DNA of 41,427 bases from an uncultured Saprospiraceae bacterium (lineage in GTDB: Bacteria > Bacteroidota > Bacteroidia > Chitinophagales > Saprospiraceae), in the NCBI GenBank assembly GCA_964467425.1, contig CAYXQH010000001.1, forward strand, positions 1 through 41,427, given 5' to 3'. A program made the position numbers and the translations under genes. The notes under the pieces were generated by a model. The model was not told where the DNA came from, did not search any database, and saw nothing but the letters and a program-made list of their open reading frames with translations. Shown piece after piece: positions 27,452 through 36,135 of this stretch (its first letter is position 1; each line of letters begins with the position of its first letter).

Positions 27452-29296
27452 ATGAAAACATTTTACCTTACCTTATTGGTTTTGGTGAGCATCAGTACAG
27501 CTGCACTGGCTCAAGCATTTGTAAATGAAATACAAATCCCTCCAAAAATTACTAATCCCGACAATTATCATTTGAATGTCATCCAGACTCAACACAATTT
27601 CAACCCGATGGCGACCAATGATACATTGAATACAATGATTCCCACTTTTGCATTTGAAGATGCTGATAATCCAGGGACCACTTCAATACTGGGACCCACA
27701 TTAGTCTGGGGTTTTGGAAATCCATTGACCCCAACTGTAACAAATAATTTACCCGAAGTGACTACCTGCCACTGGCATGGTGCCCATGTTCCACAATTTG
27801 CAGACGGAGGACCACATCAAAGAATTATGTCTGGAGATGATTGGTCTCCGGAATTTGAAGTGAAAGATAAATCCGCAACTATGTGGTATCATCCACATGC
27901 GATGGGCTTAACTTACAAGCATGTGCAAATGGGGTTATCAGGAATGATCATTGTTGAAGATCCAGTAGGTGGGGGTGCAGATGATCCAATATCAAGTCAA
28001 TGGCACAATATATTTCCTAATGAATATGAAGTAGATGATTTCCCGCTCATTTTTCAGACGAAAAAATTTGAAAGGGATGGGAATAATAATATAGTTATTC
28101 AGGCAGATCAAGGATTCAAAAAAGATTACCAATATATGGTAAATGGAATCATTGATCCGTATATAACTTTACCGGCATCTATGGTAAGGTTAAGATTGTT
28201 AAATGGAGATGGAAAATTCTCATTTAATCTACAATTTGAAAATTTTGACCATTCTCCTTTTCCGGCGCATATGATCGCTACGGATGCAGGCTATATGGAA
28301 CAGACTTATGAAAAGAGCACTATCCTAATGGCACCCGGGGAACGAACCGAGTATTTATTAGATTTACGAGGTATTCCCGAAGGAACGGAGCTTTATATCC
28401 GAAATCTGGTGGATGAAATGCCAGCTGGCATTATAGGAAATGGACCGACCACAGAAGGCTATGCTGTAGACCGTGACCTTTTAAAAATAATAGTTGGACC
28501 ACCTTCTGGTAATCTTAGCCCTATCATAGGATTCCCTCTCGATCTTCAACCCTCTGAGGCACCGCCTTTGAGTGAAGTGACTGGGGAGCGTACAAAGACC
28601 TTTCGAAAAGATCCTTTCGAAGTTGATGGGATGACTCAACAACTTTTTAATATAGATAGTACCTTGATGGATATGATGGTCGTCAATGATATTGTAAAAT
28701 TAGACAGCACAGAGGTTTGGACAATTGACAATCAAACGAACATCGCTCACCCCTGGCATATTCACGATATTCATTTTTGGGTAACCGAAATCCTCGATGA
28801 AAATAATACTCCACTTAACCCTGATGATTATCCAGAATTATTTAAAGGACCGAAAGATAATGTGCTGGTTCGACCTGGTTGGAAATTAAGTTACATTACG
28901 ACTTTTAGTGATTATGGAACAGTTGTAAATTACGATAAGTCTTACATGTATCATTGCCATATTTTACCGCATGAAGACAATGGAATGATGGGGCAGTTTG
29001 TGGTTTGGAATGGAGAAGGAAACCCAGTAGGGATTGATGAAGATCCAAGTTTATCAACGATACCAATGACCGTATATCCCAATCCTGCTCAAGACGTAAT
29101 CTTTGTAGAAGGTTCAAGTGCGCAAGAAAGTATCCTTCGTTTTATTGATTTAAACGGACGTCTCGTAAAACAAATGCAATTGCCAGGTTTTGATGGAGCA
29201 ATCCAAATTGGTACGGATCAGCTACCTTCCTCCTTGTTAATTATAGAATGGATTACCAAAGAAGGAAAAGCAGTCAGTAAAATCATGATTAATTGA
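27452..29296 (+). CDS. Multicopper oxidase with T9SS C-terminal sorting domain
   Basis: Signal peptide. Copper motifs HWHGAH, WYHPH, HPWHIHD and HCHILPHEDNGMMG. The C-terminal ~80 aa (TVYPNPAQDVIFVEG...GRLVKQ...) follows the Por secretion tail pattern. Confidence 0.85.
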   Translation: MKTFYLTLLVLVSISTAALAQAFVNEIQIPPKITNPDNYHLNVIQTQHNFNPMATNDTLNTMIPTFAFEDADNPGTTSILGPTLVWGFGNPLTPTVTNNLPEVTTCHWHGAHVPQFADGGPHQRIMSGDDWSPEFEVKDKSATMWYHPHAMGLTYKHVQMGLSGMIIVEDPVGGGADDPISSQWHNIFPNEYEVDDFPLIFQTKKFERDGNNNIVIQADQGFKKDYQYMVNGIIDPYITLPASMVRLRLLNGDGKFSFNLQFENFDHSPFPAHMIATDAGYMEQTYEKSTILMAPGERTEYLLDLRGIPEGTELYIRNLVDEMPAGIIGNGPTTEGYAVDRDLLKIIVGPPSGNLSPIIGFPLDLQPSEAPPLSEVTGERTKTFRKDPFEVDGMTQQLFNIDSTLMDMMVVNDIVKLDSTEVWTIDNQTNIAHPWHIHDIHFWVTEILDENNTPLNPDDYPELFKGPKDNVLVRPGWKLSYITTFSDYGTVVNYDKSYMYHCHILPHEDNGMMGQFVVWNGEGNPVGIDEDPSLSTIPMTVYPNPAQDVIFVEGSSAQESILRFIDLNGRLVKQMQLPGFDGAIQIGTDQLPSSLLIIEWITKEGKAVSKIMIN

Positions 29297-29330
29297 TAAA
29301 GACTAAATTATTTTAACTAAGGATTTATTT

Positions 29331-29367
29331 AAAAGGATCTGTAATTCATTTTGCAGATCCTTTTTTT
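29331..29367 (+). terminator. Rho-independent terminator after the oxidase gene
   Basis: GGATCTG (29335-29341) pairs with CAGATCC (29354-29360). It is flanked by A4 upstream and T7 downstream. Confidence 0.7.
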
Positions 29368-29487
29368 GAACAACTTCTTATTAAAAGAATCATTTTGAAT
29401 CAATATTTCCCAGTACATTTTGAAAAACACATTACTTTTTCCGCTTACTTACTTATATTAGCAGAAAGTGTAATAAAATCTATTTTC

Positions 29488-32067
29488 ATGGAAAAGGAAA
29501 AAGAGAACCCGAATACCATCAAAAACTTTCTCCACGTCATCAAAATTGAAGATGATATGCTGATGGAGCGGAGAAAGAAACTGCATCATGAAACGGTGGA
29601 TAAAGAAAATTTTGATCGTACAAAATTTGGTATTGCTTTATCAGGTGGTGGTATTCGTTCCGCAACCATCAATCTTGGAATTCTAAAAACACTTAATAAG
29701 TTTGGTATTTTAAAACGCTCTGATTATTTGTCTACGGTATCCGGTGGTGGTTATACCGGAGCATACGTTCAGGCTACCTTAAAAAACGAAGGCAGTTTCG
29801 AAAAGCTATTCGATGATCAACATGTCGAATATATGCGCTCAAGAGGAGAGTATCTGATGCCTGGAATAGGTTGGATGAAAAAATGGAACATCCTCATTTT
29901 GACGGTTGGATTTTCAGTGAGCCTAATTATGAGTTGGTTGAGTCCAATTATAATTATTGCGTTACTGTACATCGGCTATACCATAATCGGAAAGCTGAGT
30001 GATATGGAAAGTTGGTTAACTGGGTTTAGAGGTATGCTGGAAGGTTCCGGAATCCTTACCTTTAGTATTTATATTTTGGGAAGTATTTTCTTGCTTCATT
30101 TTATTGCAAACGTTGCTTTAAAATATAGCGTTGGAGTCTCCCGTCGATTTAATCAATTAGAATCTATTTTTGTTGGACTCGGTTTGACCTGGTTACTTAT
30201 ATTTTTAGTAACAGGCTTGACCGTCGACGAGTCTTTGGGTAAATATGAATATTGGCATTATGGTTTGGCAGCAGTTTTATTAGTTATCGCTGGTTTTTTT
30301 ACCAATCCAAATGCCTTAAGTTTTCATCGGTTTTATAGAAATCAATTGGCGGATGCTTATTTACATTTTACTGGGGAATTTAAAAACGTTCGACTCAGAG
30401 ATCTGTTTTCAATAAAGAGTAAAAAAGAAAAAGATTATTTGGCGCCCTATCCTTTAATCAATACCTGCCTTAATCTTCAGGCAACGAGCGATGAGCGTTT
30501 CACGGGATCAAAAGCCAATGATTATTTTTTATTATCACCATTGTATTGCGGAGCGAAATTAACTGGGTATGTAAAAACCGAAACAGCTCCGGATTATCGA
30601 ATGATGACTTTACCAGCAGCAACGACCATTTCCGCTGCTGCAGTTAACCCGGGAATGGGAATGTACTCCAATAAGCTGTTGAGTATTATTATGACCTTAG
30701 TCAATGCACGTTTAGGTTTTTGGGTGGCTAACCCTTTGAAGATGAAAACATCTGGTCTAGTCTGGTGGCCTACTTATTTTTTCTATGAATTAATGTCACT
30801 GATTGGAACCGATAACCGCAAACTAAATATTTCTGATGGTGGGCATATCGAAAACTTGGGCGTGTATGAATTGCTGCGTAGAAAATGTCGATTGATTATT
30901 TCTGTCGATGCTGGAGCGGATCCTGAATTTGCATTTATGGATTTAGAAAACTTGACCATTCGTGCTCGTAATGAACTCGGAGTAGATATTCATTTTAGAG
31001 ATGGAAATATTCCGGAAGAAGTGATCCGCCCTAAACCGTCGCATGGCTATTCTGCAAAACGTTTTGCTATAGCAGATATTTATCAACTTTGGGAGGAAAT
31101 TAAACCGGAGGATAAAGATGGAAATGTTATCAAAGATAAAAATGGCGACAAAATAGAAGTGTTGGTTAACTATAATCGAGTAAGGGCTATTTTAGAAGAA
31201 TTAGAGGAAGATGACCTGCTGGAAATGGAAGAGGTAATCGGTAAATTAAATGTGCAGGAAAATCTTAATGATATTATCGATACTTTAGGTCTTCAAAGTA
31301 AAGCGCGTATTCATAAAGTGGTAACTGAATTGACCCCTAAAACTAAATTGCGTAAAGTGTTTTTTGTGTTATTAGAAATGCTCAGAGATGCTAATGTCGT
31401 TCTGGAAAAACAATTAGAAAGTAAACTTCAGGATGACGAAATGGTCCAGTTGGCATTAAGTAAAGTGGTCAATACCATTGAGCAACGAATACTTAATCTT
31501 TTAAAGGTTGGAACCTTTGTGTATGTGAAATCTTCGGTTACCGCTCCTGAAGGAAAACCTCAATTGGGAGATCGAAGTAGTTTAGCATATGGAACGTATA
31601 AGTACAAAATCTACCATCCTTCCTTTCCACATGAACCTACTTCAGATCAGTTTTTTGATAAAATTCAATGGGAGGCCTATTTTCAATTAGGACAATTTAT
31701 TGGGTCCGAAGTTTTAGGCGATGAAAACCTGATCACCTTTAGTAATAAAGCAAAGGAGCAATATAGTATCGAACAACTATTAGATCATTTTGATAATGAA
31801 GTGCCACTATTTGAGCTTAGAGATAAGGAAATTATACCAGAACAGCTAACGGAAAAATTTGTTCCATTGCAACCTTTACCATCTGTTGAATCAAAAGAAG
31901 ATGAACCTGAACTAGTTGCGGCTCAACCAATACCAGATACTGTTGAATCATCTCCAACTTTAGATTCTACCGCTACAGCGGCATCTCCAGATACAGGAGC
32001 ACCTGTGGACGAAGAAGAAGGTGATGAAAAAGTGGTAGTTGGAGAAGAAGTACAATATAAAATGTAA
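29488..32067 (+). CDS. Patatin/cPLA2-like phospholipase with a multi-TM insertion and a long C-terminal extension
   Basis: Oxyanion motif GIALSGGGIRS (from 29635). Nucleophile elbow STVSGGGY. About 4-5 hydrophobic helices lie between ~29880 and ~30300, followed by SFHRFYRNQLADAYL. Catalytic Asp motif ISDGGHIENLG (~30835). A ~380-aa helical/acidic tail ends in a Pro/Glu/Asp-rich stretch. ATG 29488 (MEKEKEN...) is preferred over the track start at TTG 29395. Confidence 0.8.
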   Translation: MEKEKENPNTIKNFLHVIKIEDDMLMERRKKLHHETVDKENFDRTKFGIALSGGGIRSATINLGILKTLNKFGILKRSDYLSTVSGGGYTGAYVQATLKNEGSFEKLFDDQHVEYMRSRGEYLMPGIGWMKKWNILILTVGFSVSLIMSWLSPIIIIALLYIGYTIIGKLSDMESWLTGFRGMLEGSGILTFSIYILGSIFLLHFIANVALKYSVGVSRRFNQLESIFVGLGLTWLLIFLVTGLTVDESLGKYEYWHYGLAAVLLVIAGFFTNPNALSFHRFYRNQLADAYLHFTGEFKNVRLRDLFSIKSKKEKDYLAPYPLINTCLNLQATSDERFTGSKANDYFLLSPLYCGAKLTGYVKTETAPDYRMMTLPAATTISAAAVNPGMGMYSNKLLSIIMTLVNARLGFWVANPLKMKTSGLVWWPTYFFYELMSLIGTDNRKLNISDGGHIENLGVYELLRRKCRLIISVDAGADPEFAFMDLENLTIRARNELGVDIHFRDGNIPEEVIRPKPSHGYSAKRFAIADIYQLWEEIKPEDKDGNVIKDKNGDKIEVLVNYNRVRAILEELEEDDLLEMEEVIGKLNVQENLNDIIDTLGLQSKARIHKVVTELTPKTKLRKVFFVLLEMLRDANVVLEKQLESKLQDDEMVQLALSKVVNTIEQRILNLLKVGTFVYVKSSVTAPEGKPQLGDRSSLAYGTYKYKIYHPSFPHEPTSDQFFDKIQWEAYFQLGQFIGSEVLGDENLITFSNKAKEQYSIEQLLDHFDNEVPLFELRDKEIIPEQLTEKFVPLQPLPSVESKEDEPELVAAQPIPDTVESSPTLDSTATAASPDTGAPVDEEEGDEKVVVGEEVQYKM

Positions 32068-32072
32068 TAAGT

Positions 32073-32108
32073 GGCAGAATTAAATGAATAGATTCATTTA
32101 ATTCCGCC
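32073..32108. terminator. Bidirectional hairpin between the convergent patatin-like and FG-GAP genes
   Basis: GAATTAAATGAAT (32077-32089) is a perfect 13-bp inverted repeat of ATTCATTTAATTC (32092-32104). Confidence 0.65.
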
Positions 32109-32125
32109 AAACTACTTAACAATTT

Positions 32126-35100
32126 TTATTGACCAAGTTTCATAAATAGTTGTAATCCACTATCATTATTCGATACGATTATTGATGGGATCTTTTTTGC
32201 GCTGAGGTGAATGAGTTGAGCGTCTTTTGCATCACCAGGAATAAACAAACCATTATCTGCAATTTTGATTGAAGAACTGAAAGTGCCATCCCCTTTACCT
32301 TTTAAGAAAAGCCCTTTCCCTGCATCATATTTAGGTGTTTCTGCTTCTGTTTTAAAATAGTTTCCAGCGACTACCATATCCTGATTCCCATCTTTGTCAA
32401 AGTCACTTACAACGATTGCATTAATCGGGGCAAACTGTGCTTCGGCAGGAAGCTTTTTGATTGTAAATCCTGTACCAGTATTTTCAAGAAGAATACTTCC
32501 AAAATTTTCTACCTGATAATGAAGTGCTTCATCCAATTTTTTATCACTGTAGATTTCAGAAAGTGTAGATTCGCAGAAGGATTTATAACTTGGAAATTTA
32601 TCTGCTAGCATTGGCATTTGCTCTGTAGAACATTGCTTGCCTCTGACAGGTACTAGGTTATCTTTGTAATCTTTACTCAAGACGATATCAAGCGTTCCAT
32701 TATCGTCAAAATCATTGCAGAAAATATGTAAAGGCTTATCAGATTTTGGACGAAATTTATTGTTGTTTCCAAGATTTCCAATTACAAAATCTTCTCGGCC
32801 GTCATTGTTGAAATCCCCGGTTTCGATACTATACCACCAGCCATTGGATTTATCTAGGTTATATTTTTCGGAAACATTTTGTAGCTTCCCATTTTCATTT
32901 TGAAAAATACAGATAGGCATCCATTCTCCAACAGCAATAAGGTCAGGGTCTCCATCTTTGTCATAATCAGACCAAACTGCATCAGTGACCATCCCTAAAG
33001 ATTTAAATTCAGGAGCAGCATTCGTAGTGATGTCTGTAAATTTCCCGCCGTCGTTTCTAAGTAGATAAGAGTCAACGGGGTAGGGGTATTTGCCAGGCAT
33101 TGTCCGTCCTCCAATAAATAAATCAAGGTCTCCATCTTTATCAAAATCTGCTGCGCTGATTCGGCCAGTACTGGTATACATTTTAGGTAAGGCATTTCTC
33201 GCCTTAGAATAGTTTCCTTTTCCGTCGTTAGTATACAATCGATCCTGAAATTTTGGGTCATTGATTTTAAATGCACCACCACCACCGCTTGCTATATATA
33301 AGTCTTGATCTCCATCTCCATCTGCATCAAAAAATAAACTGGACATATCTTCTGAACCACGATCTGCTGACCAAGTTTGTACAGGAGCTTTTTCAAATTT
33401 TCCAGTAGGAGCTTGTAAATAAAGTTCACCAGATTGCCCTTTTGCCCCACCAACAAAAAAGTCTTCCAGGCGATCTCCATTCGCATCGCCTACACTGATG
33501 TGAGGCCCAAGCCTAGATTGCATATGAGGAAGTAAAATCTCTTTTGCAAAATCATCAAATTCGTTTTCTTTGTGTTTGAAGGTAAGCCCTTGTTGTTGAC
33601 TTGTGATATCATAAAAAGGTGGTTTCAATGGTGTGGGAGTAACCGCCGTTTTAGAAACCTTCTGAAAATCTACAGTATGCGATTTGTTGATTTCTGGATT
33701 AGTAATAGTAGAGACCGTGCCATCAAGCCACTGAATTTCTGCCCGATCAACTTTACCCCAGTCTCCGAGTCCAAAATGGACATAGTTTTCCATGGAAGAT
33801 TGAAAACCACGAACCGGAGTATATTCTACATATTGTTTTTTAGCGCCATTATAAATAGTCACTTTAGCATTTTGAATCGCATCGGGATTGCTGCTGCTTT
33901 TTAAGAAGAATCGAATATGGTCAGCTCCGGATTCAGAAGCATTGTTTTTATAAACCGAAATGGGCTTATCAATATTATTGACAATTATATCGAGATCGCC
34001 ATCAAGATCCAAATCCGCATATGCAGCGCCATTTGAAAATAGCTTTTGATCAAAACCCCAGTCTTTTGTCTTATCGGAGAACGTATAATCACCATTATTT
34101 TTAAACATGTAATTTTCGATAGGATTAGAGTCGACTTCCTGAAGTAATTCCCAAAAGTCTTCATTCGAAATGGTATCGTTAACTTCTAATAAGGCTTTGA
34201 GCTTGTTATTCCAATCATTATTTTTAATATCTCGCTTAAATCCATTCGTTACGAAATAATCTTTAAAACCATCGTTATCAAAATCTGCTAACAAAGCAGC
34301 CCAACTCCAATCTGTTTTTGAAACACCAGAATAAGCACCAATTTCGCTAAAAATTCCAAACCCATTATTGACTTGGATCGTATTGACCATGTATTGAGCA
34401 ACATAAGATTTGTTTCCGGTTAGGTATCTAAATTCACTCACGTCCATAGAAGCCATCAGCATCTTACTTCGGACATGATCATCCGGAGTCATATCAAGAT
34501 TTGCTAAATCTACCAAGCCATCATTATTAATATCCGCAGCATCACAGCCCATCGAGTAATATGGTGCATGTCCCGTTTTTTCTTTGATCTGATCAGTAAA
34601 TGTACCATCTCCATTATTAATAAACATGAAGTCAGGTAAAAAGAAATCATTGGCTACATATATATCTACCAGACCATCATGGTTGAGATCTCCAGTGATT
34701 AATCCAAGTCCGAAAGCATATTTTAAAATACCTGCTTGTTTGGTTACATCAGTAAACTTTCCACCATCATTTCTATATAAACTACAACTTTGTTTTCTAT
34801 ATTCTTCGGGACTAAGCTTTGCTATCTGATCATCAATACTGACAGAGGTTTCGTGAAGAAACTTACTGTGATTCATAACGAAAAGGTCAAGATCTCCATC
34901 TTTGTCATAATCAAAAAAACTGGCCTGTGTACTTTTTGAATTATCAGCAATACCATAAGCCTTTGCTTTATCTGTAAAGGTGCCATCTCCATTATTGATG
35001 TATAATTGATTTGTCCTTGAAAATTCTTCAACGAATGGCCCGGAATTACAAACATAAATATCCATCCATCCGTCATTATTGACATCTTCCATTACGGAGC

Positions 35101-35455
35101 CTGTAGACCAACGCCGAGTTTCGATTCCTGCTTTTTTGGAAACATTTTCAAACTTCATATTTCCTTTGTTAATAAACAATGCGCTGGGTAATAAATTGCC
35201 AGTGACAAATAAGTCCGGCATACCGTCATTGTTGATATCTCCAACGGATACACCTCCACCATTATAATAGTATTCGTATAAGCCAAAATTGTTTTTGACT
35301 TTTTCTTCAATCATATTAGCAAAGTCTATCCCTGTTTGTTCCTTTGAAAGTAGGGTAAACGCCGAACCTTCAAAACCTGGTTTTTGATTTATTTTAGGAT
35401 CTTGCTGGCAGCCAACTATAAACACAATAAGTAGAAATGCAAAGAGAGGTCTCAT
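32126..35455 (-). CDS. FG-GAP/VCBS-repeat lipoprotein with UnbV/ASPIC-like domain (CRTAC1 family)
   Basis: Lipoprotein signal LLIVFIVGC. At least 14 Ca-binding-type loops of form D.N.DG..D (DINNDGMPD, DVNNDGWMD, DYDKDGDLD, DLNHDGLVD, ...). A central segment, RAEIQWLDGTVSTI, is typical of UnbV_ASPIC. ATG 35455 (MRPLFAF...) is preferred over TTG 35503. Confidence 0.85.
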   Translation of the reverse strand: MRPLFAFLLIVFIVGCQQDPKINQKPGFEGSAFTLLSKEQTGIDFANMIEEKVKNNFGLYEYYYNGGGVSVGDINNDGMPDLFVTGNLLPSALFINKGNMKFENVSKKAGIETRRWSTGSVMEDVNNDGWMDIYVCNSGPFVEEFSRTNQLYINNGDGTFTDKAKAYGIADNSKSTQASFFDYDKDGDLDLFVMNHSKFLHETSVSIDDQIAKLSPEEYRKQSCSLYRNDGGKFTDVTKQAGILKYAFGLGLITGDLNHDGLVDIYVANDFFLPDFMFINNGDGTFTDQIKEKTGHAPYYSMGCDAADINNDGLVDLANLDMTPDDHVRSKMLMASMDVSEFRYLTGNKSYVAQYMVNTIQVNNGFGIFSEIGAYSGVSKTDWSWAALLADFDNDGFKDYFVTNGFKRDIKNNDWNNKLKALLEVNDTISNEDFWELLQEVDSNPIENYMFKNNGDYTFSDKTKDWGFDQKLFSNGAAYADLDLDGDLDIIVNNIDKPISVYKNNASESGADHIRFFLKSSSNPDAIQNAKVTIYNGAKKQYVEYTPVRGFQSSMENYVHFGLGDWGKVDRAEIQWLDGTVSTITNPEINKSHTVDFQKVSKTAVTPTPLKPPFYDITSQQQGLTFKHKENEFDDFAKEILLPHMQSRLGPHISVGDANGDRLEDFFVGGAKGQSGELYLQAPTGKFEKAPVQTWSADRGSEDMSSLFFDADGDGDQDLYIASGGGGAFKINDPKFQDRLYTNDGKGNYSKARNALPKMYTSTGRISAADFDKDGDLDLFIGGRTMPGKYPYPVDSYLLRNDGGKFTDITTNAAPEFKSLGMVTDAVWSDYDKDGDPDLIAVGEWMPICIFQNENGKLQNVSEKYNLDKSNGWWYSIETGDFNNDGREDFVIGNLGNNNKFRPKSDKPLHIFCNDFDDNGTLDIVLSKDYKDNLVPVRGKQCSTEQMPMLADKFPSYKSFCESTLSEIYSDKKLDEALHYQVENFGSILLENTGTGFTIKKLPAEAQFAPINAIVVSDFDKDGNQDMVVAGNYFKTEAETPKYDAGKGLFLKGKGDGTFSSSIKIADNGLFIPGDAKDAQLIHLSAKKIPSIIVSNNDSGLQLFMKLGQ

Positions 35456-35731
35456 TTTTCTTTGGTTTGATTTTTTTAAAGTTGATGTCTCTATTAAGCG
35501 CAAAATTCATCAACATATATATTGATAAAATTTACATTTCAAAAATTGTACTAAATCCTTGAAAAGCAACTTGATTGTAAAAGGTTTTAGGAAAACACCA
35601 TCACATTTATACAGTTGGTTGGGCCAATTATGCAATTAAAATGATGGTAACTGAAGATTCTATATTGAATATTATTCTCAAAATAAATAATAAAGAGCTG
35701 ATTTTCAAATGATTAGGTTTATTTACTCATA

Positions 35732-35775
35732 TAGTACTATGTTAAATTTTAGTACTATGTATTGCATAGTACTAT
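35732..35775 (+). promoter_or_regulatory. Three copies of a palindromic box (A)TAGTACTAT; candidate PadR operator
   Basis: TAGTACTAT starts at 35732, 35750 and 35767, giving spacings of 18 and 17 bp. Copies 1 and 3 are the perfect 10-bp palindrome ATAGTACTAT. Copies 1 and 2 share TAGTACTATGT. The array ends about 20 nt before the padR ATG. Confidence 0.5.
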
Positions 35776-35784
35776 ATAAAGTTG

Positions 35785-35792
35785 TATGTTTG
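35785..35792 (+). promoter_or_regulatory. -7 box TATGTTTG upstream of the PadR gene
   Basis: Matches TAnnTTTG. It lies 4 nt upstream of ATG 35797 and just downstream of the palindromic boxes. Confidence 0.35.
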
Positions 35793-35796
35793 TGAT

Positions 35797-36135
35797 ATGA
35801 AATTAGAAAATGCAAAAGCTCAGATGAGAAAAGGAGTGCTTGAGTTATGCATTCTTTCGATTATCTCGGAAGGAGAAGCATATCCGTCGGATATACTGGG
35901 GAAACTAAAAGATGCTGAGCTAATCGTAAAGGAAGGGACCTTATATCCACTCCTTACACGTATAAAAAATGCAGGGCTATTGCATTATACTTGGAAAGAA
36001 TCTACATCAGGGCCGCCTAGAAAATACTACCACATCACTGAAGAAGGGAAAGAATTTTTGAATGGACTAATAGGCAGCTGGAAACAATTGGTTCACGCCG
36101 TTTCAGAATCCACTAAAAACTATCAACAACAATGA
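35797..36135 (+). CDS. PadR-family transcriptional regulator
   Basis: MRKGVLELCILSIISEGEAYPSDIL...GTLYPLLTRIKNAGLL...PPRKYYHITEEGKEFL is a typical PadR winged helix. Its stop overlaps the next start (ATGA at 36132-36135). Confidence 0.88.
   Translation: MKLENAKAQMRKGVLELCILSIISEGEAYPSDILGKLKDAELIVKEGTLYPLLTRIKNAGLLHYTWKESTSGPPRKYYHITEEGKEFLNGLIGSWKQLVHAVSESTKNYQQQ

Noticed and set aside
29395-29487. N-terminal extensions from non-ATG starts in the ORF track (29395, 35503, 39210, 7629, 35782)
   Set aside because: In each case an in-frame ATG downstream gives a canonical N-terminus (a signal peptide or the domain start). The extension also crosses a terminator or operator (39210 runs through the 39203-39235 hairpin).
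29488-32067. Patatin-like protein as a CBASS (CapV-type) or other known defence-operon effector
   Set aside because: No cyclase/CD-NTase, no SAVED, TIR or STAND partner, and no other defence gene lies nearby. The gene is bracketed by terminators. Only the stand-alone hypothesis is kept.
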